Positions 55,064 through 64,000 of a stretch of DNA of 64,000 nucleotides are shown piece after piece. The stretch comes from a virus. Lineage: Duplodnaviria > Caudoviricetes. The notes beneath the pieces are model-generated. The model ran no database searches, was not told the origin of the DNA, and saw nothing but the letters and a program-made list of their open reading frames with translations. The translations under genes were made by a program, and so were the position numbers. The DNA is taken from the IMG/VR virus record IMGVR_UViG_3300026549_000040, positions 32,001-96,000 of that record; one strand, 5' to 3'. How positions within the stretch are numbered: the stretch's first letter is position 1; each line of letters starts with the position of its first letter.

Positions 55064-55079
55064 TGCTAAATTATTTATA
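55064..55079 (+). promoter_or_regulatory. TGCTAAATTATTTATA putative late promoter
   Basis: same 16-mer as at 15601 and 31139. Confidence 0.55.
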
Positions 55080-55124
55080 TTAATAGGAATAGATCTACTT
55101 ATTAAGGTGGTGAAATATTAAACA

Positions 55125-55520
55125 ATGAATAGTAAATATTATGTAGAAAAAGAAGGAAAATATTATTACATATACGAATATGATAATTCTTCAGGAGAAA
55201 GTCATTTTGTAAAAGCCGTATCTTCAAAAGATGACTTAGCAGAGTTTGATCCTGAATTAGTTAAGATACAGGGAAGTTTAGAAAAAGAAAAACTAAAAGA
55301 AGCTATGAAGTCAAATAGAAGAATATGGAATCCAGATAGGCATTTAGATGAAGTTTGTAATCTGTATAGAAAATGGGCTGGCTGGGATGACGATGAAGTG
55401 ATAACAGAAGAACATTTTAAAAATCAAGATTGGCGATTAAGAAAGATGAGTGCTTTAAAGAACACTCCTGTTAATAAGATAAAAGAAGGATTATTAAATC
55501 AAAGGATTCAGAATAAATGA
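55125..55520 (+). CDS. hypothetical protein
   Basis: first ORF after late motif. Confidence 0.6.
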   Translation: MNSKYYVEKEGKYYYIYEYDNSSGESHFVKAVSSKDDLAEFDPELVKIQGSLEKEKLKEAMKSNRRIWNPDRHLDEVCNLYRKWAGWDDDEVITEEHFKNQDWRLRKMSALKNTPVNKIKEGLLNQRIQNK

Positions 55521-56620
55521 AAATTAGGAAAGTATTAAACGAAGCTACTATAGAACAAGCTGCTAAAGAATATGGCAGTGGAGTTAAAAAAGCTGCAAAT
55601 GATATACAAGCAGGACAAGTAGTAGATGGTGAAGAGCCATTAGGTATGATGGGTAGAGAACTAGATGCTGCTCTTGCTGCTGCCAGAGAGGCTCAAGATT
55701 TTGGTGAAATTGGTGGTGTAAATGTATTATTTGTAGGCCGTGGTGGTACAGGTAAAACATATACTGTTAAAAAATGGGCACAGCAAAGAGGTATCAATTT
55801 AGTAGAAAAAGATGCTAAAACTATGGACCCTTCAGATTTAGGTGGTGTTGTTGCCAGAAGATATGATGATGAAGGTAATGCTACTAATACTGTTACAAAA
55901 CTTTCTAATACAGAATTCGATGAATTAGATAAACCTAATTCTGTATTATTCTTAGATGAGTTAAACAGAGCAAGAAAAGATGTTGCTGGTGCATTATTAA
56001 CTTTAATTAATGACCATGTTATTAATGACCAGACTCAACCTTCTGGCAAGAGATTATTAAAAGGATTCTTATTTACTATTGCTGCTATTAACCCGAATAA
56101 ATCAGGTAATGAAGTAAATAGTTTAGATAATCCTATGAGATCAAGATTTAAGACAGTTGATGTTGAATCTAATCCGCAGGAAAGTATTGAACACTTTGAG
56201 TATAAGTTTGGTAAACAGATTGAAAAACTGAAAGCTATGGGTAAGCCAGAAAGAATACCTGTTGTTCAAGGTAGATTAGAGCTTGCTAAGAAATTATTAT
56301 CAGATCCAAGATTTGAATTTGATGGTGATGAAGAAGAAGAAATCGCACAGGATGAAGGACTTCCAGTACTCAATCCAAGATCTTTCTCAAGATTATTAAC
56401 TGCTACAAATGGTACTAAAGAATCTTTATTAGCTAACTGGAGTGGTTTCTGTAATCCAGAAAAGTATAATGTTGTAGAAGATATATTATCAGATTATGTT
56501 GATGTAGATGATAAGGCTAATGATGCTTTAAAATTTGATGGGGATAATCCATTTGCAAAAGCTAAAGCTCAACAAAGAGCACAAAAGAGTATTTACGATC
56601 AAATAGCTGATCTCATTTAG
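55517..56620 (+). CDS. MoxR-like AAA+ ATPase
   Basis: GRGGTGKT, LFLDELNRA, AAINP, LDNPMRSRF, NPRS. Confidence 0.88.
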   Translation: MKIRKVLNEATIEQAAKEYGSGVKKAANDIQAGQVVDGEEPLGMMGRELDAALAAAREAQDFGEIGGVNVLFVGRGGTGKTYTVKKWAQQRGINLVEKDAKTMDPSDLGGVVARRYDDEGNATNTVTKLSNTEFDELDKPNSVLFLDELNRARKDVAGALLTLINDHVINDQTQPSGKRLLKGFLFTIAAINPNKSGNEVNSLDNPMRSRFKTVDVESNPQESIEHFEYKFGKQIEKLKAMGKPERIPVVQGRLELAKKLLSDPRFEFDGDEEEEIAQDEGLPVLNPRSFSRLLTATNGTKESLLANWSGFCNPEKYNVVEDILSDYVDVDDKANDALKFDGDNPFAKAKAQQRAQKSIYDQIADLI

Positions 56621-56634
56621 TGGGGTGATTTAAT

Positions 56635-57363
56635 ATGGCTATGACAAAAGAAGAAAAAATCGCTAAGAACTATTTGATGAGAGTATTGGCTACAGATGGT
56701 TATTCTACATACGCTAAGATATTTAGTAAGTTTGATTTTAATTTTACCAGTGATCCTGATGTTGTAGCCTATTTAGATCCAGCCAGAGGCGTTATTGTAG
56801 CTAATAGAGGCTTAGATGAGTTTCAAATAAGTGTAATAATAAGACATGAAATATTACACGATTATTTAAAACATGAGAAAAGGTTACTGACAAAGTTAGC
56901 AGTTGAGCATGGTTTAGATCCAGATGATTTAGATGATATTGCTATAAGAGATTTAAAGAATGAACTCTATGGTAATAAAGATTTTAATATTGCTGGTGAC
57001 TATGAGATTTCTAATAAGGGCTATACTGACAAAGATAAGAAAACAATTAGAAATATTATTCTAAATGGTAGAACATTATCTGGATTAGTTACAGAAGATG
57101 ACCATCCTGAATGGACAGAGCTATCCATAGAAGAAATGTTCGATGAGTTAAGAAAAGAGAAGCAAAAGATGAAGCCAGACGAGGACGTGATCATAGGTGT
57201 GTTACTTCCTCTTAAATCTGCATTAGATAGTGTTATACAAACTGGTGGTTGTGATATCTTCGTAGGTGTTGATGGTGTTATGTATTCTTCACAGTCTGTA
57301 GTAGACTATGCTAAACAGAATGGAATAGGAAATATTATTAGACAGAATGGAGGAACTAAATGA
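56635..57363 (+). CDS. DUF2201-N-like metallopeptidase
   Basis: RHEILH...H, FNIAGDYEIS. Confidence 0.75.
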   Translation: MAMTKEEKIAKNYLMRVLATDGYSTYAKIFSKFDFNFTSDPDVVAYLDPARGVIVANRGLDEFQISVIIRHEILHDYLKHEKRLLTKLAVEHGLDPDDLDDIAIRDLKNELYGNKDFNIAGDYEISNKGYTDKDKKTIRNIILNGRTLSGLVTEDDHPEWTELSIEEMFDELRKEKQKMKPDEDVIIGVLLPLKSALDSVIQTGGCDIFVGVDGVMYSSQSVVDYAKQNGIGNIIRQNGGTK

Positions 57364-57992
57364 AAAAAAATGTATTACTAGAGGCTCCTTCAAAACCTCC
57401 TGTCCATATTCATCATGGTTCACTAAAAGATTTAAAAACTTTCTTAGACAAAGATGGTAATCCTTATGACTTAAAAGTATCTTCTATGAATCCTATGGAT
57501 CAAGGTTCTGGTGATGGAACTGAAAGTTCTTCAGGACAAAATAATAATCAACAGGGTAACCAAGGTAATTCACAAAGTAGTAGACAAGGTGGTTCCAGTG
57601 GTGGTCAACAAGGTAACCAATCTGGTAATCAAGGTAATCAGAGTGGTACACAGAATGGACAATCTGGTAGTCAAGGTCAACAAGGTGACCAAGGACAACA
57701 AGGTGCTCAAGGTCAACAAGGAAATCAAGGTCGACAAGGTGGTCAGCAAGGTGATCAAGGAGATGGCCAAGGCAATCAAGGAGATAGTCAAGATAACCAA
57801 CAAGGTGGACAACAAAGTAGTCAAGGTGGTAACCAACAAGATAATCAAGGTAACGGTCAACAAAGTAATCAACAGTCTAACAACGAAGATAAGTTTAAAG
57901 TCCCAGAAAAAGGTCAGATGTTTAGGGATATAAATACAGGAAAGACTTATGAATGGGACGGTTCTAAGTTTGTTGGAACAAGAGGAGTTTAA
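57360..57992 (+). CDS. Gln/Gly-rich low-complexity linker protein
   Basis: about 130-aa QG-rich tract; ATGA coupling. Confidence 0.7.
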   Translation: MKKNVLLEAPSKPPVHIHHGSLKDLKTFLDKDGNPYDLKVSSMNPMDQGSGDGTESSSGQNNNQQGNQGNSQSSRQGGSSGGQQGNQSGNQGNQSGTQNGQSGSQGQQGDQGQQGAQGQQGNQGRQGGQQGDQGDGQGNQGDSQDNQQGGQQSSQGGNQQDNQGNGQQSNQQSNNEDKFKVPEKGQMFRDINTGKTYEWDGSKFVGTRGV

Positions 57993-57994
57993 TT

Positions 57995-58948
57995 GTGCCA
58001 GATAATAAAGTACCAAATGTAAATGAATTGGGCGAGGTACATATCTATAAAGATGATGCTACTGGAGATATGTACATATTTGATGGAACCCAATTAGTAA
58101 AGATTGGAAATTCAACTCCTCAAATAGGTGATAAAGGGGATCGTGAATTTCAAGATAAAGAAGAAGAAGAAAGAAAAGCTCAGATTGAAAAAGAAAGAGC
58201 TGAAGCTGAAGAAAACGGAGAAGAGGTAGACGAAGAAGAAACCGAAGAAGAAAAACAGCAACGTATTGATGATATAAAAAACATGATGGGTGATGAAGGT
58301 ATAGCAGATGATATACAAAATGAAACCCGTGGTCATGTAGATAAAGAGTTAAAGAAAAAGCGTGCTGCTAAAGAAAAAGAAGTAAAAAAGTATACTTCTT
58401 CTATGCAAAGATTTAGAGAATCTTTAAGAAGATTCATTGCTAACCAAGTTAGCGAAATAAGAGATAGAACATTCAAACGTGAAGATCCTTCTTATGAAGG
58501 TTCTGGTATTATAAGACCTGGTCGAATGATAGATGATAATAATAAAATACCTAAAATTAATGTTTACTTTGACCAGTCCAGCTCTTGGGGAGATGCTGAT
58601 ATTAGAAAAGGTGAAGAAGCAATTGGTGTTTTGAATAATTATGTTAAAAGAGGCGAGATCACAATAGATGTATATTATTTTAGTGACTTTGTTTCTGATA
58701 ACAAAGAACAAGTAGCTGGTGGTGGAACAGCTGCTGGTGCAGAGTTAATCGAGCACATACAGGCAACGAAGCCGGATAATGTAATTGTAATGACAGATGC
58801 TGATTTTGATCATTGGGGAGAAATTAACGAAGCACCTAATATAAAGGTTCCGGGTGCTGTATGGCTTTTATTCAGAAAGGGTGAAAGATCAATATTATTG
58901 CAACAACACCTTAAAGGTAGAAAGCAAACAAGAGTATTTGATTTTTAA
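57995..58948 (+). CDS. vWA domain protein (DUF2201-C-like)
   Basis: YFDQSSS, GGGT, VMTDAD MIDAS motifs. Confidence 0.8.
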   Translation: MPDNKVPNVNELGEVHIYKDDATGDMYIFDGTQLVKIGNSTPQIGDKGDREFQDKEEEERKAQIEKERAEAEENGEEVDEEETEEEKQQRIDDIKNMMGDEGIADDIQNETRGHVDKELKKKRAAKEKEVKKYTSSMQRFRESLRRFIANQVSEIRDRTFKREDPSYEGSGIIRPGRMIDDNNKIPKINVYFDQSSSWGDADIRKGEEAIGVLNNYVKRGEITIDVYYFSDFVSDNKEQVAGGGTAAGAELIEHIQATKPDNVIVMTDADFDHWGEINEAPNIKVPGAVWLLFRKGERSILLQQHLKGRKQTRVFDF

Positions 58949-58969
58949 TTTAATAAGGATTAAGTTATA

Positions 58970-59527
58970 ATGATAAAATTAGAAGACAACGAAAAAGAAA
59001 TTCTTAGAGAACTTGGGAAAAAGTATCTTAAGAATAATGATATACTTGGATTCTGTAGGGCACAAGATTCAGCTGGTGCCATTAATCCAGGAAGAATAAT
59101 GCAGTTTTTAATGGAAAATGGTGTGCCAGTGTTTGACTATTTAGAATTTATACCTGATAAAATGTTTCTAGGAGCAGAAATTGAATCTATTTCTATTCCA
59201 AATCATATAACTAGAATAGGAAAATCAGCATTCCGTAATTGTAGTGATTTAACTTCTGTGAATATAGGCGATTCTGTTATTCAGATAGGGGATCATGCAT
59301 TTGGAAATTGTGGAAAGCTTACAGAAGTTTTCTTACCAAACTCTGTTAGAGTGCTTGGGTCTGATGTTTTTGAGGATTGTTCAAATAATCTTATTATATA
59401 TGCTGAGAAGAGAGGTCCTGGAAATAGATTAAAATGTAAACAAGGGGAAATACCTTGGTATAAAGAGCATCTATTTAGACAGCCAGAAACTACTGAAGAA
59501 GATGCAGAACAAGAAGAACAACTATAG
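58970..59527 (+). CDS. BspA-type leucine-rich repeat protein
   Basis: IPNHITRIGKSAF.NC..L..V.I..SV..IG..AF.NC. Confidence 0.85.
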   Translation: MIKLEDNEKEILRELGKKYLKNNDILGFCRAQDSAGAINPGRIMQFLMENGVPVFDYLEFIPDKMFLGAEIESISIPNHITRIGKSAFRNCSDLTSVNIGDSVIQIGDHAFGNCGKLTEVFLPNSVRVLGSDVFEDCSNNLIIYAEKRGPGNRLKCKQGEIPWYKEHLFRQPETTEEDAEQEEQL

Positions 59528-59542
59528 ATTGGATTTATTAGA

Positions 59543-60673
59543 ATGTTAAGATTAAGAAATTTAACAGAAAGTTTAGAAAAAAGATATAATTTAAGTGAAT
59601 CTCGTGACTTGAATGAATCTGATAAGTTAAATGAGAAACTTAGTGACGATATGCCAGATTGGTTTGCGAAAAGATTATTAACTACAAAATATACTGATTC
59701 AAGTCGTATTTATAAGAGGGATCTAGGAGGCTCTGCACATTTTGCCGGAGGTAACAATTATACTTATCTTAAGGGTAAAGGCGCTAAGAAAAATCCTAAT
59801 TATGGTAAAGTACCAGATTATAAACAATCTGAATATGATGATCAATCACTATTTACAGGGTTACTACATAAGGGCATAAGTCTAGATAATGTGAAAATTA
59901 TAGAAGGCCCAGTACCAATTTCTGATACAGATAAAAGATTACAGCCGCCTAATATCCCAATTTTTCTTCTTAATGATGGTGTAGTATATATTCCTGGTGT
60001 AAATGATGAAGAAAAACTTGGAAGTAGAAAGACATTAGGAGCGTATAAAATAAGTGCTTTATTGCCTCAATGTAAAAAATTTGCTTACATAGATGGAAAT
60101 GACCCAGATAATTTTAAAAGAGAATATAAACGGAATACAAGATACAAAGACCGTAGTGGTTCAATATATAGAGCTGATAGTCCTGAAAAAGATAGAGATG
60201 GAAATCCAATAGGCGGTCTAAAAAATACTTATTGGAATAAATATGATAAATCAGGATATAAGATTATTCCTCCAGCAGAGAAATATAAAGATAAATTAGA
60301 TGAAATAAAAGCTAAGAAAATTTATGAAATTATGAAGAAATATGAAGATTATCTTACTGATGCACAGCAAGAAATTGCAAACTATATTTCTTCTTTATCT
60401 ATGAAAGAATATCGTTTAAATAATGATACCATAGAACGATTACAAACTATATTAAATAATGCTATAGGATATTATGTAGCTGTCGATAAACATATAAACG
60501 AAATAGTTAATGATACGTCTACTACTGATGAAGAAAAAAGAGATAGGTTAGTTGATCTAATAAACTCAAATTATCCTTATAGATGGGAAGGAGTTAAACA
60601 ATTAGATAGAGAAGTAGTTAGATTAAAAGATGCTTCAAAAGACGTATTTAACGCAACTATAGATTGGATATAA
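59543..60673 (+). CDS. hypothetical, probable internal head protein
   Basis: N-terminal LTE/LSE/LNE/LNE propeptide-like motifs. Confidence 0.6.
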   Translation: MLRLRNLTESLEKRYNLSESRDLNESDKLNEKLSDDMPDWFAKRLLTTKYTDSSRIYKRDLGGSAHFAGGNNYTYLKGKGAKKNPNYGKVPDYKQSEYDDQSLFTGLLHKGISLDNVKIIEGPVPISDTDKRLQPPNIPIFLLNDGVVYIPGVNDEEKLGSRKTLGAYKISALLPQCKKFAYIDGNDPDNFKREYKRNTRYKDRSGSIYRADSPEKDRDGNPIGGLKNTYWNKYDKSGYKIIPPAEKYKDKLDEIKAKKIYEIMKKYEDYLTDAQQEIANYISSLSMKEYRLNNDTIERLQTILNNAIGYYVAVDKHINEIVNDTSTTDEEKRDRLVDLINSNYPYRWEGVKQLDREVVRLKDASKDVFNATIDWI

Positions 60674-60687
60674 ATTAAGGATATTAT

Positions 60688-61731
60688 ATGAATATAAGAA
60701 CATTAACAGAATGTTTAGATACTAAACTAAAAACAGAAGCTTTTGAGTATGAATTTGATGATGAATTAGATTATATAATGGATGATGATTCATTATCAGA
60801 TGAAGAAAAAGAACAAGCTATAAAGGATCTGTATAATAAATACAACATAGATGAAAGTTGGAGTGATGAAGATATATCTTCAATACCATTTTCAGAATTA
60901 ATTAGTGGTAATTGGTTTGGTGCAAAAGAGAGTGATTATGGTGGAACTGTAGATAAGTCATTCTTTTCTAAATGGGGAGATACAGAAGATACCAAGTTTT
61001 CAGATGAAGATCCTGAATCATTAAATGAAGATTGGGATGATGATTCATTATCTGATATTGAAAGAGAACAAGCTATCAGTGATTTATATTCTAAATATAA
61101 TTTGCACGAAAGTAATTCTTGTGATGGGTGGATAGCTTTTTATAATGGTAAGAAATTAGAAATACCAAAATCTGATGTAGACGGCGGTATATATGAAGCA
61201 AAACAAAAAGCTATTAAAGAGTTAAAAGTTCCTAAATCTAAGATTGGTCTTTTAAGTATAAAGCCTGCTTATAATGAATCCTTAAATGAAGGAAGAAAAT
61301 CAACAAAGAAAAAATTTATAATTCGTAGAGAGCAACGTGGGTCTATATTTAATGATGACTGGCATGAAATAAGACCGCTTGAAGTAATGGCTAAAAATGC
61401 TCAAGAAGCACAGGATAAATATCGCAGGATACTAAGAAGCAGAGGTAAAACTGCTAATCAATATGAAAGACATATAGATATTAAGGAAGCTGATCCACAG
61501 AATGAATCATTAACTGAAAGTGTTGCAGGAGATATTATTTGGGAAAAAGTTAGAGATTATATTCAAGAATTAATAGAAACAGAAGTAGTAGATAATCTGG
61601 CTAGTGTTGTTTCTTCAGAAATACCTGAATATAATCCAGATTGGTGCGGTGATTCATCTTTTACAAGTCAACGCGCAGTTGAAAAGCTTGCAGAAGAATT
61701 AGCTACAGAATTAATGTTTAATCTAGAATAA
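60688..61731 (+). CDS. acidic modular protein, probable internal head protein
   Basis: internal repeat DDDSLSD.E.EQAI.DLY.KYN..ES; many ESLNE/LTE. Confidence 0.6.
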   Translation: MNIRTLTECLDTKLKTEAFEYEFDDELDYIMDDDSLSDEEKEQAIKDLYNKYNIDESWSDEDISSIPFSELISGNWFGAKESDYGGTVDKSFFSKWGDTEDTKFSDEDPESLNEDWDDDSLSDIEREQAISDLYSKYNLHESNSCDGWIAFYNGKKLEIPKSDVDGGIYEAKQKAIKELKVPKSKIGLLSIKPAYNESLNEGRKSTKKKFIIRREQRGSIFNDDWHEIRPLEVMAKNAQEAQDKYRRILRSRGKTANQYERHIDIKEADPQNESLTESVAGDIIWEKVRDYIQELIETEVVDNLASVVSSEIPEYNPDWCGDSSFTSQRAVEKLAEELATELMFNLE

Positions 61732-61746
61732 ATATAAAGGAAATAA

Positions 61747-62241
61747 ATGTTAGTATATGAAAAGAAAGTAGATGGCACAAGACATCTTTATGGAAAAGTA
61801 GAAGGAACAGTTCCGGCTGTTGATGATGTTCAACTAACTTATAAAGATGCTGATGGTCAAGAATTAGAGTTAGTAGAAAAAGATACATACAAAGATAATG
61901 GTAAGGGTGGTATTTATAGAGTATCAGATAATGCTGCTGTAAATGTATTTATTGGTGATACTCAAATTATTGGTGAAGAGATTGAAGAACCCGATACTCC
62001 TTTAATTACAAGTATTACAGTAACTCCTCCGACTAAGACTACTTATAATGGTGGTGAAACTTTAGATTTAACTGGTATGGTAGTAACTGCTAATTTTGAT
62101 AATGGAGATACAGAAGTATTAACTGAAGGATTTACAACATCTCCTGCTGAAGGGGCTACGTTACAAGGCGGTGAAACAGTGACAGTTACTGTTTCTTATT
62201 ATGAATTAACAGATACGTTTGAAGTAACTGTTGGACAATAA
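61747..62241 (+). CDS. virion protein with Ig-like (Big_3) domain
   Basis: SITVTPPTKTTY..GETLDLTGMVVTA.FDNG. Confidence 0.8.
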   Translation: MLVYEKKVDGTRHLYGKVEGTVPAVDDVQLTYKDADGQELELVEKDTYKDNGKGGIYRVSDNAAVNVFIGDTQIIGEEIEEPDTPLITSITVTPPTKTTYNGGETLDLTGMVVTANFDNGDTEVLTEGFTTSPAEGATLQGGETVTVTVSYYELTDTFEVTVGQ

Positions 62242-62263
62242 GTATAATAATTAAGGTAGTATA

Positions 62264-63004
62264 ATGCATATTGATGATTTTAGAGATGAGGTAAAGTTAA
62301 AATTAACTGGAGATATTCTTGAATCTGAATTAGATGATGATACATTAAATAAAATTATCAAAAGTGCATTAAGAGAACTTCAAAGATATATAAATCATAC
62401 AAAGTTAATTACAATACCTTATAAGCCTTGTATTGATTTATCTAACGAAGAAGATACTAATAATGTAAAGATAGATGTTAATTCTGTTGTAATGGTATAC
62501 AGAACAGAAGATTTAGCAGGAACAACTTCAGGAGAAGGTGATGGTGGAACTTCTGATCCTATGCAGGTAGCACAATGGCAATTATTAAGTGGTATGGGGA
62601 ATATAATGTATTTCCAAGATGCTGTATACAACTATGGAGCTTGGACTACATTACAACAAATAAGGAATACTACTTCAACAGACTTAGCATTTAGATTTGA
62701 TAAAGATTCAAGTAAGTTATATATTAATGTTCCTAATGGTACACCAAGCAAGATCACATTAGAGTATGTTCCGATTATACATAATGTAGATGAAATTAAA
62801 TCTCCTTACTGGATAGATATGTTAGTAAGATTATCAGTAGCACTAACAAAAGTAACAGTAGGGAGAATAAGAACAAGATATACTCAAAGTAATGCTTTAT
62901 GGCAAAGCGATGGTGATACTATTCTTTCAGAAGGAAAAGAAGAATTAAATAGTTTACGGGAAATGTTACTTCAGAATTCAGAATTAACATACCCAATAGA
63001 TTAA
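62264..63004 (+). CDS. neck/head-completion protein (T4 gp13-like)
   Basis: ELDDD...AL.ELQRY; K..VGRIRTRY...DG..I..EG..EL. Confidence 0.65.
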   Translation: MHIDDFRDEVKLKLTGDILESELDDDTLNKIIKSALRELQRYINHTKLITIPYKPCIDLSNEEDTNNVKIDVNSVVMVYRTEDLAGTTSGEGDGGTSDPMQVAQWQLLSGMGNIMYFQDAVYNYGAWTTLQQIRNTTSTDLAFRFDKDSSKLYINVPNGTPSKITLEYVPIIHNVDEIKSPYWIDMLVRLSVALTKVTVGRIRTRYTQSNALWQSDGDTILSEGKEELNSLREMLLQNSELTYPID

Positions 63005-63019
63005 TAGGAGAATAATTTA

Positions 63020-64000
63020 ATGGATAAAAATTTTATTCAGGAAGCATTTAAGCAAGTTTATCTAACAGAAGATGCTGAAGAATTTTCATTAAATGTTTCT
63101 GGTCCAGACGATACTGAATCATTCATGGATATTGTTAATTCTGATGAATACGCAGATGATGAAATGATATCTGATGTTTATGATTTAGAGGCTGAAGCAA
63201 AAGAAGACTTAAAGCAATCATATATCGGTAAAGTAATATTAGACTGTAATGTATGTCATAGTAATGTATTCGTTGATAAAGATGAGATTACTGAAAATGA
63301 AGATGGTGTTTGTTGTGAAGAATTAGAATGCCCGTATTGCATGTCTAATGAAGGTTACACTATTATAGGTGAAGTTAAACCTTATCAAGAAGCTGATGAA
63401 AATACGGACGAGATAGAAGATATTGAAGTAAATACTTCAGATGATGAACCAGTAGAAATAGAAGCTGATGAAGAACCTGAAGAAGATGAAGATTTAGAAG
63501 AAGGCCTTAAAGCAGACAAAGTAAAAGCTCTTCAAAGAAACGACAAACTTGATGGACAAAAGGGTCTTGGAAGAGGTAAAGGTTTAGAAGCATCAGATGA
63601 TATTCGTGGTCCTAAGTATAAAGAACTGAATGAATGTGGTGATCCAGAAGAAATAAATGAATGTGGTGATACAGAAGAACTTAATGAAGCCAAGAAAAAA
63701 GGCACCCCTTGGGTAGTAGAGTCTGATGTAGATGGTGAAATAGCAAGAGTAAAATCAGAAAATGAAGCTAAAGAAACCATAGCGGAATTAAAGAAAGAAG
63801 ATAAAAAACTGAGAAAGGGTAAGAAAGTTAAATATTCTTACAAATTTGATGAATCAGTTGATAAGAGTTTATATGATAAAGTTCAAAACACTATGAATGA
63901 AGATATAGAAGATATATCTGTTTCTACTTCTAATGAAACCACAACTATATCTACAAAAGATGATGGTGGAGTGGTAGTAGAAACTTCCCCTAAAGAAGAT
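63020..64000 (+). CDS. acidic protein with CxxC pairs, truncated by window end
   Basis: AGGAG SD, ATG 63020; CNVC, CPYC; LTE/LNE motifs. Confidence 0.65.
   Translation, partial: MDKNFIQEAFKQVYLTEDAEEFSLNVSGPDDTESFMDIVNSDEYADDEMISDVYDLEAEAKEDLKQSYIGKVILDCNVCHSNVFVDKDEITENEDGVCCEELECPYCMSNEGYTIIGEVKPYQEADENTDEIEDIEVNTSDDEPVEIEADEEPEEDEDLEEGLKADKVKALQRNDKLDGQKGLGRGKGLEASDDIRGPKYKELNECGDPEEINECGDTEELNEAKKKGTPWVVESDVDGEIARVKSENEAKETIAELKKEDKKLRKGKKVKYSYKFDESVDKSLYDKVQNTMNEDIEDISVSTSNETTTISTKDDGGVVVETSPKED

Noticed and set aside
57511-58016. Alternative-frame ORFs (VVKV-rich on +, LITL-rich on -) over the QG tract
   Set aside because: By-products of low-complexity CAA/GGT repeats lacking stops.
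1094-63780. Short minus-strand ORFs throughout
   Set aside because: All lie antisense to well-supported + strand genes and show no motifs or RBS.
1-64000. Stop-codon reassignment
   Set aside because: Long genes are intact in code 11, TAG and TGA end genes at sensible positions, and no CTA/TCA-anticodon tRNA was found.

Overview
AT-rich, almost entirely + strand fragment of a large T4-like (jumbo) myovirus. Strong AGGAGG SD sites, GH25/CHAP lysins and a double-OB SSB suggest a Firmicutes/Clostridia host. Layout: nucleotide metabolism (phosphoesterase, peptide deformylase, SSB, 5'-nucleotidase, NrdH-NrdD-NrdG; 0.3-8.5 kb); a 5-kb RNA island (9.5-14.7 kb); tail-fibre and lysis genes (15.6-27.5 kb); early accessory genes; terminase, portal, bS21, protease/scaffold and major capsid (37.6-47.8 kb); a ThyX-like gene and RNA ligase; and a MoxR/metallopeptidase/vWA module, LRR, Ig-like and neck genes (55-64 kb). 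The RNA island holds 19 tRNAs, a Ro/TROVE-like DUF2828 gene and many structured spacers. Most notable: (1) an 82-nt tmRNA tRNA-like domain with no coding domain; (2) three covarying ACAGCAA stem RNAs flanking the DUF2828 gene, a candidate Ro/Y-like RNP; (3) two exposed anti-Shine-Dalgarno segments plus a phage bS21; (4) tRNA-Ile(UAU) and a C1:G72 tRNA-Tyr; (5) an NrdG fused to an FTR-like domain, a circularly permuted CHAP lysin and a three-way split metallopeptidase/vWA protein. All calls are by-eye motif and base-pairing recognition; no searches were run.
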